Source: Octopus vulgaris (Eukaryota). From it: 64,000 bases of DNA. Positions 63,420-64,000 of the stretch are shown here, in pieces; positions within the stretch are counted from its first letter, which is position 1, and the number at the start of each line of letters is the position of its first letter. The stretch lies in the NCBI GenBank assembly GCA_951406725.2, contig OX597819.1, positions 1,178,001-1,242,000 of the forward strand, given 5' to 3'. Made by a program: the position numbers and the translations under genes. Under the pieces are notes generated by a model that searched no databases, was not told where the DNA came from, and saw only the letters and a program-made list of their open reading frames with translations.

Positions 63420-63750
63420 CCCGAAGGCCGCGGCCATGCTGGGGCACCACCGCTGAATGAGCTACACTAGTTTGTGAATCCACCTCTGATATGTGGCACT
63501 TGATCAACAAGGGAGTTCGATGCTGCTGCCTGCATCCGCGTCTCCTGTCGTGAGGTAGGTTCATCTGGGACTCCCAACAAGAAGAGATCCAGTTTAGTTT
63601 TAAAGAAACCCACATCCACACCATGTAAGTCTCTCAGGCATTTAGGGAGGATGTTAAAGAGCTGTGGTCCTCTGAAACCCAAGCTGTTGCAGTATCTGGA
63701 CCTGCATTTTGATGATGTTGGAATCCTTGGCACCACGCAGTGGCGCCCCG
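63420..63750 (-). mobile_element. CR1/L2-type LINE 3' fragment
   Basis: [44 protein letters not shown]; 3' end ggtggtgccccagcatggccgc. Confidence 0.8.
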
Positions 63751-64000
63751 TGTATATGTGTATATATGTATATATATATATGTATATTTATGTATATATA
63801 TGTGTATATATGTATATATATATGTGTGTATATATATATGTATATATGTGTATATATATATATATGTATATATGTGTGTATATATATATGTATATATGTA
63901 CGTATATGTATATATATATATATATGTATATGTATATATTTATGTATATGTATATATGTATCATCATCATCATCATCATCATCATTTAGCGTCCGTTCTC

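Overview
AT-rich, intron-containing eukaryotic DNA full of (TA)n, (CA)n and (CAT)n tracts. The repeat families look like those of octopus/cephalopod genomes (inference). Three host genes are supported. (1) The last six coding exons of the DEAD-box helicase DDX47/RRP3 (+, 3160-9256). (2) A C2H2 zinc-finger gene with a single coding exon (-, 16748-17740; 10 intact fingers plus 1 degenerate, with period-3 recognition helices). (3) The first four coding exons of TM2D2 (+, 43666-54507; the last exon was not found in the window). The rest is mostly transposon debris: decayed mariners, RTE-clade LINEs carrying a PHD finger after the RT, an RLE-type LINE, CR1/L2-type tails, two tRNA-derived SINE families, MITEs and a Helitron-like element. 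The most notable unannotated signal is in TM2D2 intron 1 (47026-47710): a tandem-plus-inverted repeat in which each copy carries a minimal type I hammerhead ribozyme fold. One copy looks catalytically plausible, with a U3-A8 core variant, suggesting a Penelope-like pLTR or retrozyme remnant. More degenerate hammerhead folds occur at 20587 and 30394. There are also several perfect fold-back palindromes next to (TA)n tracts.
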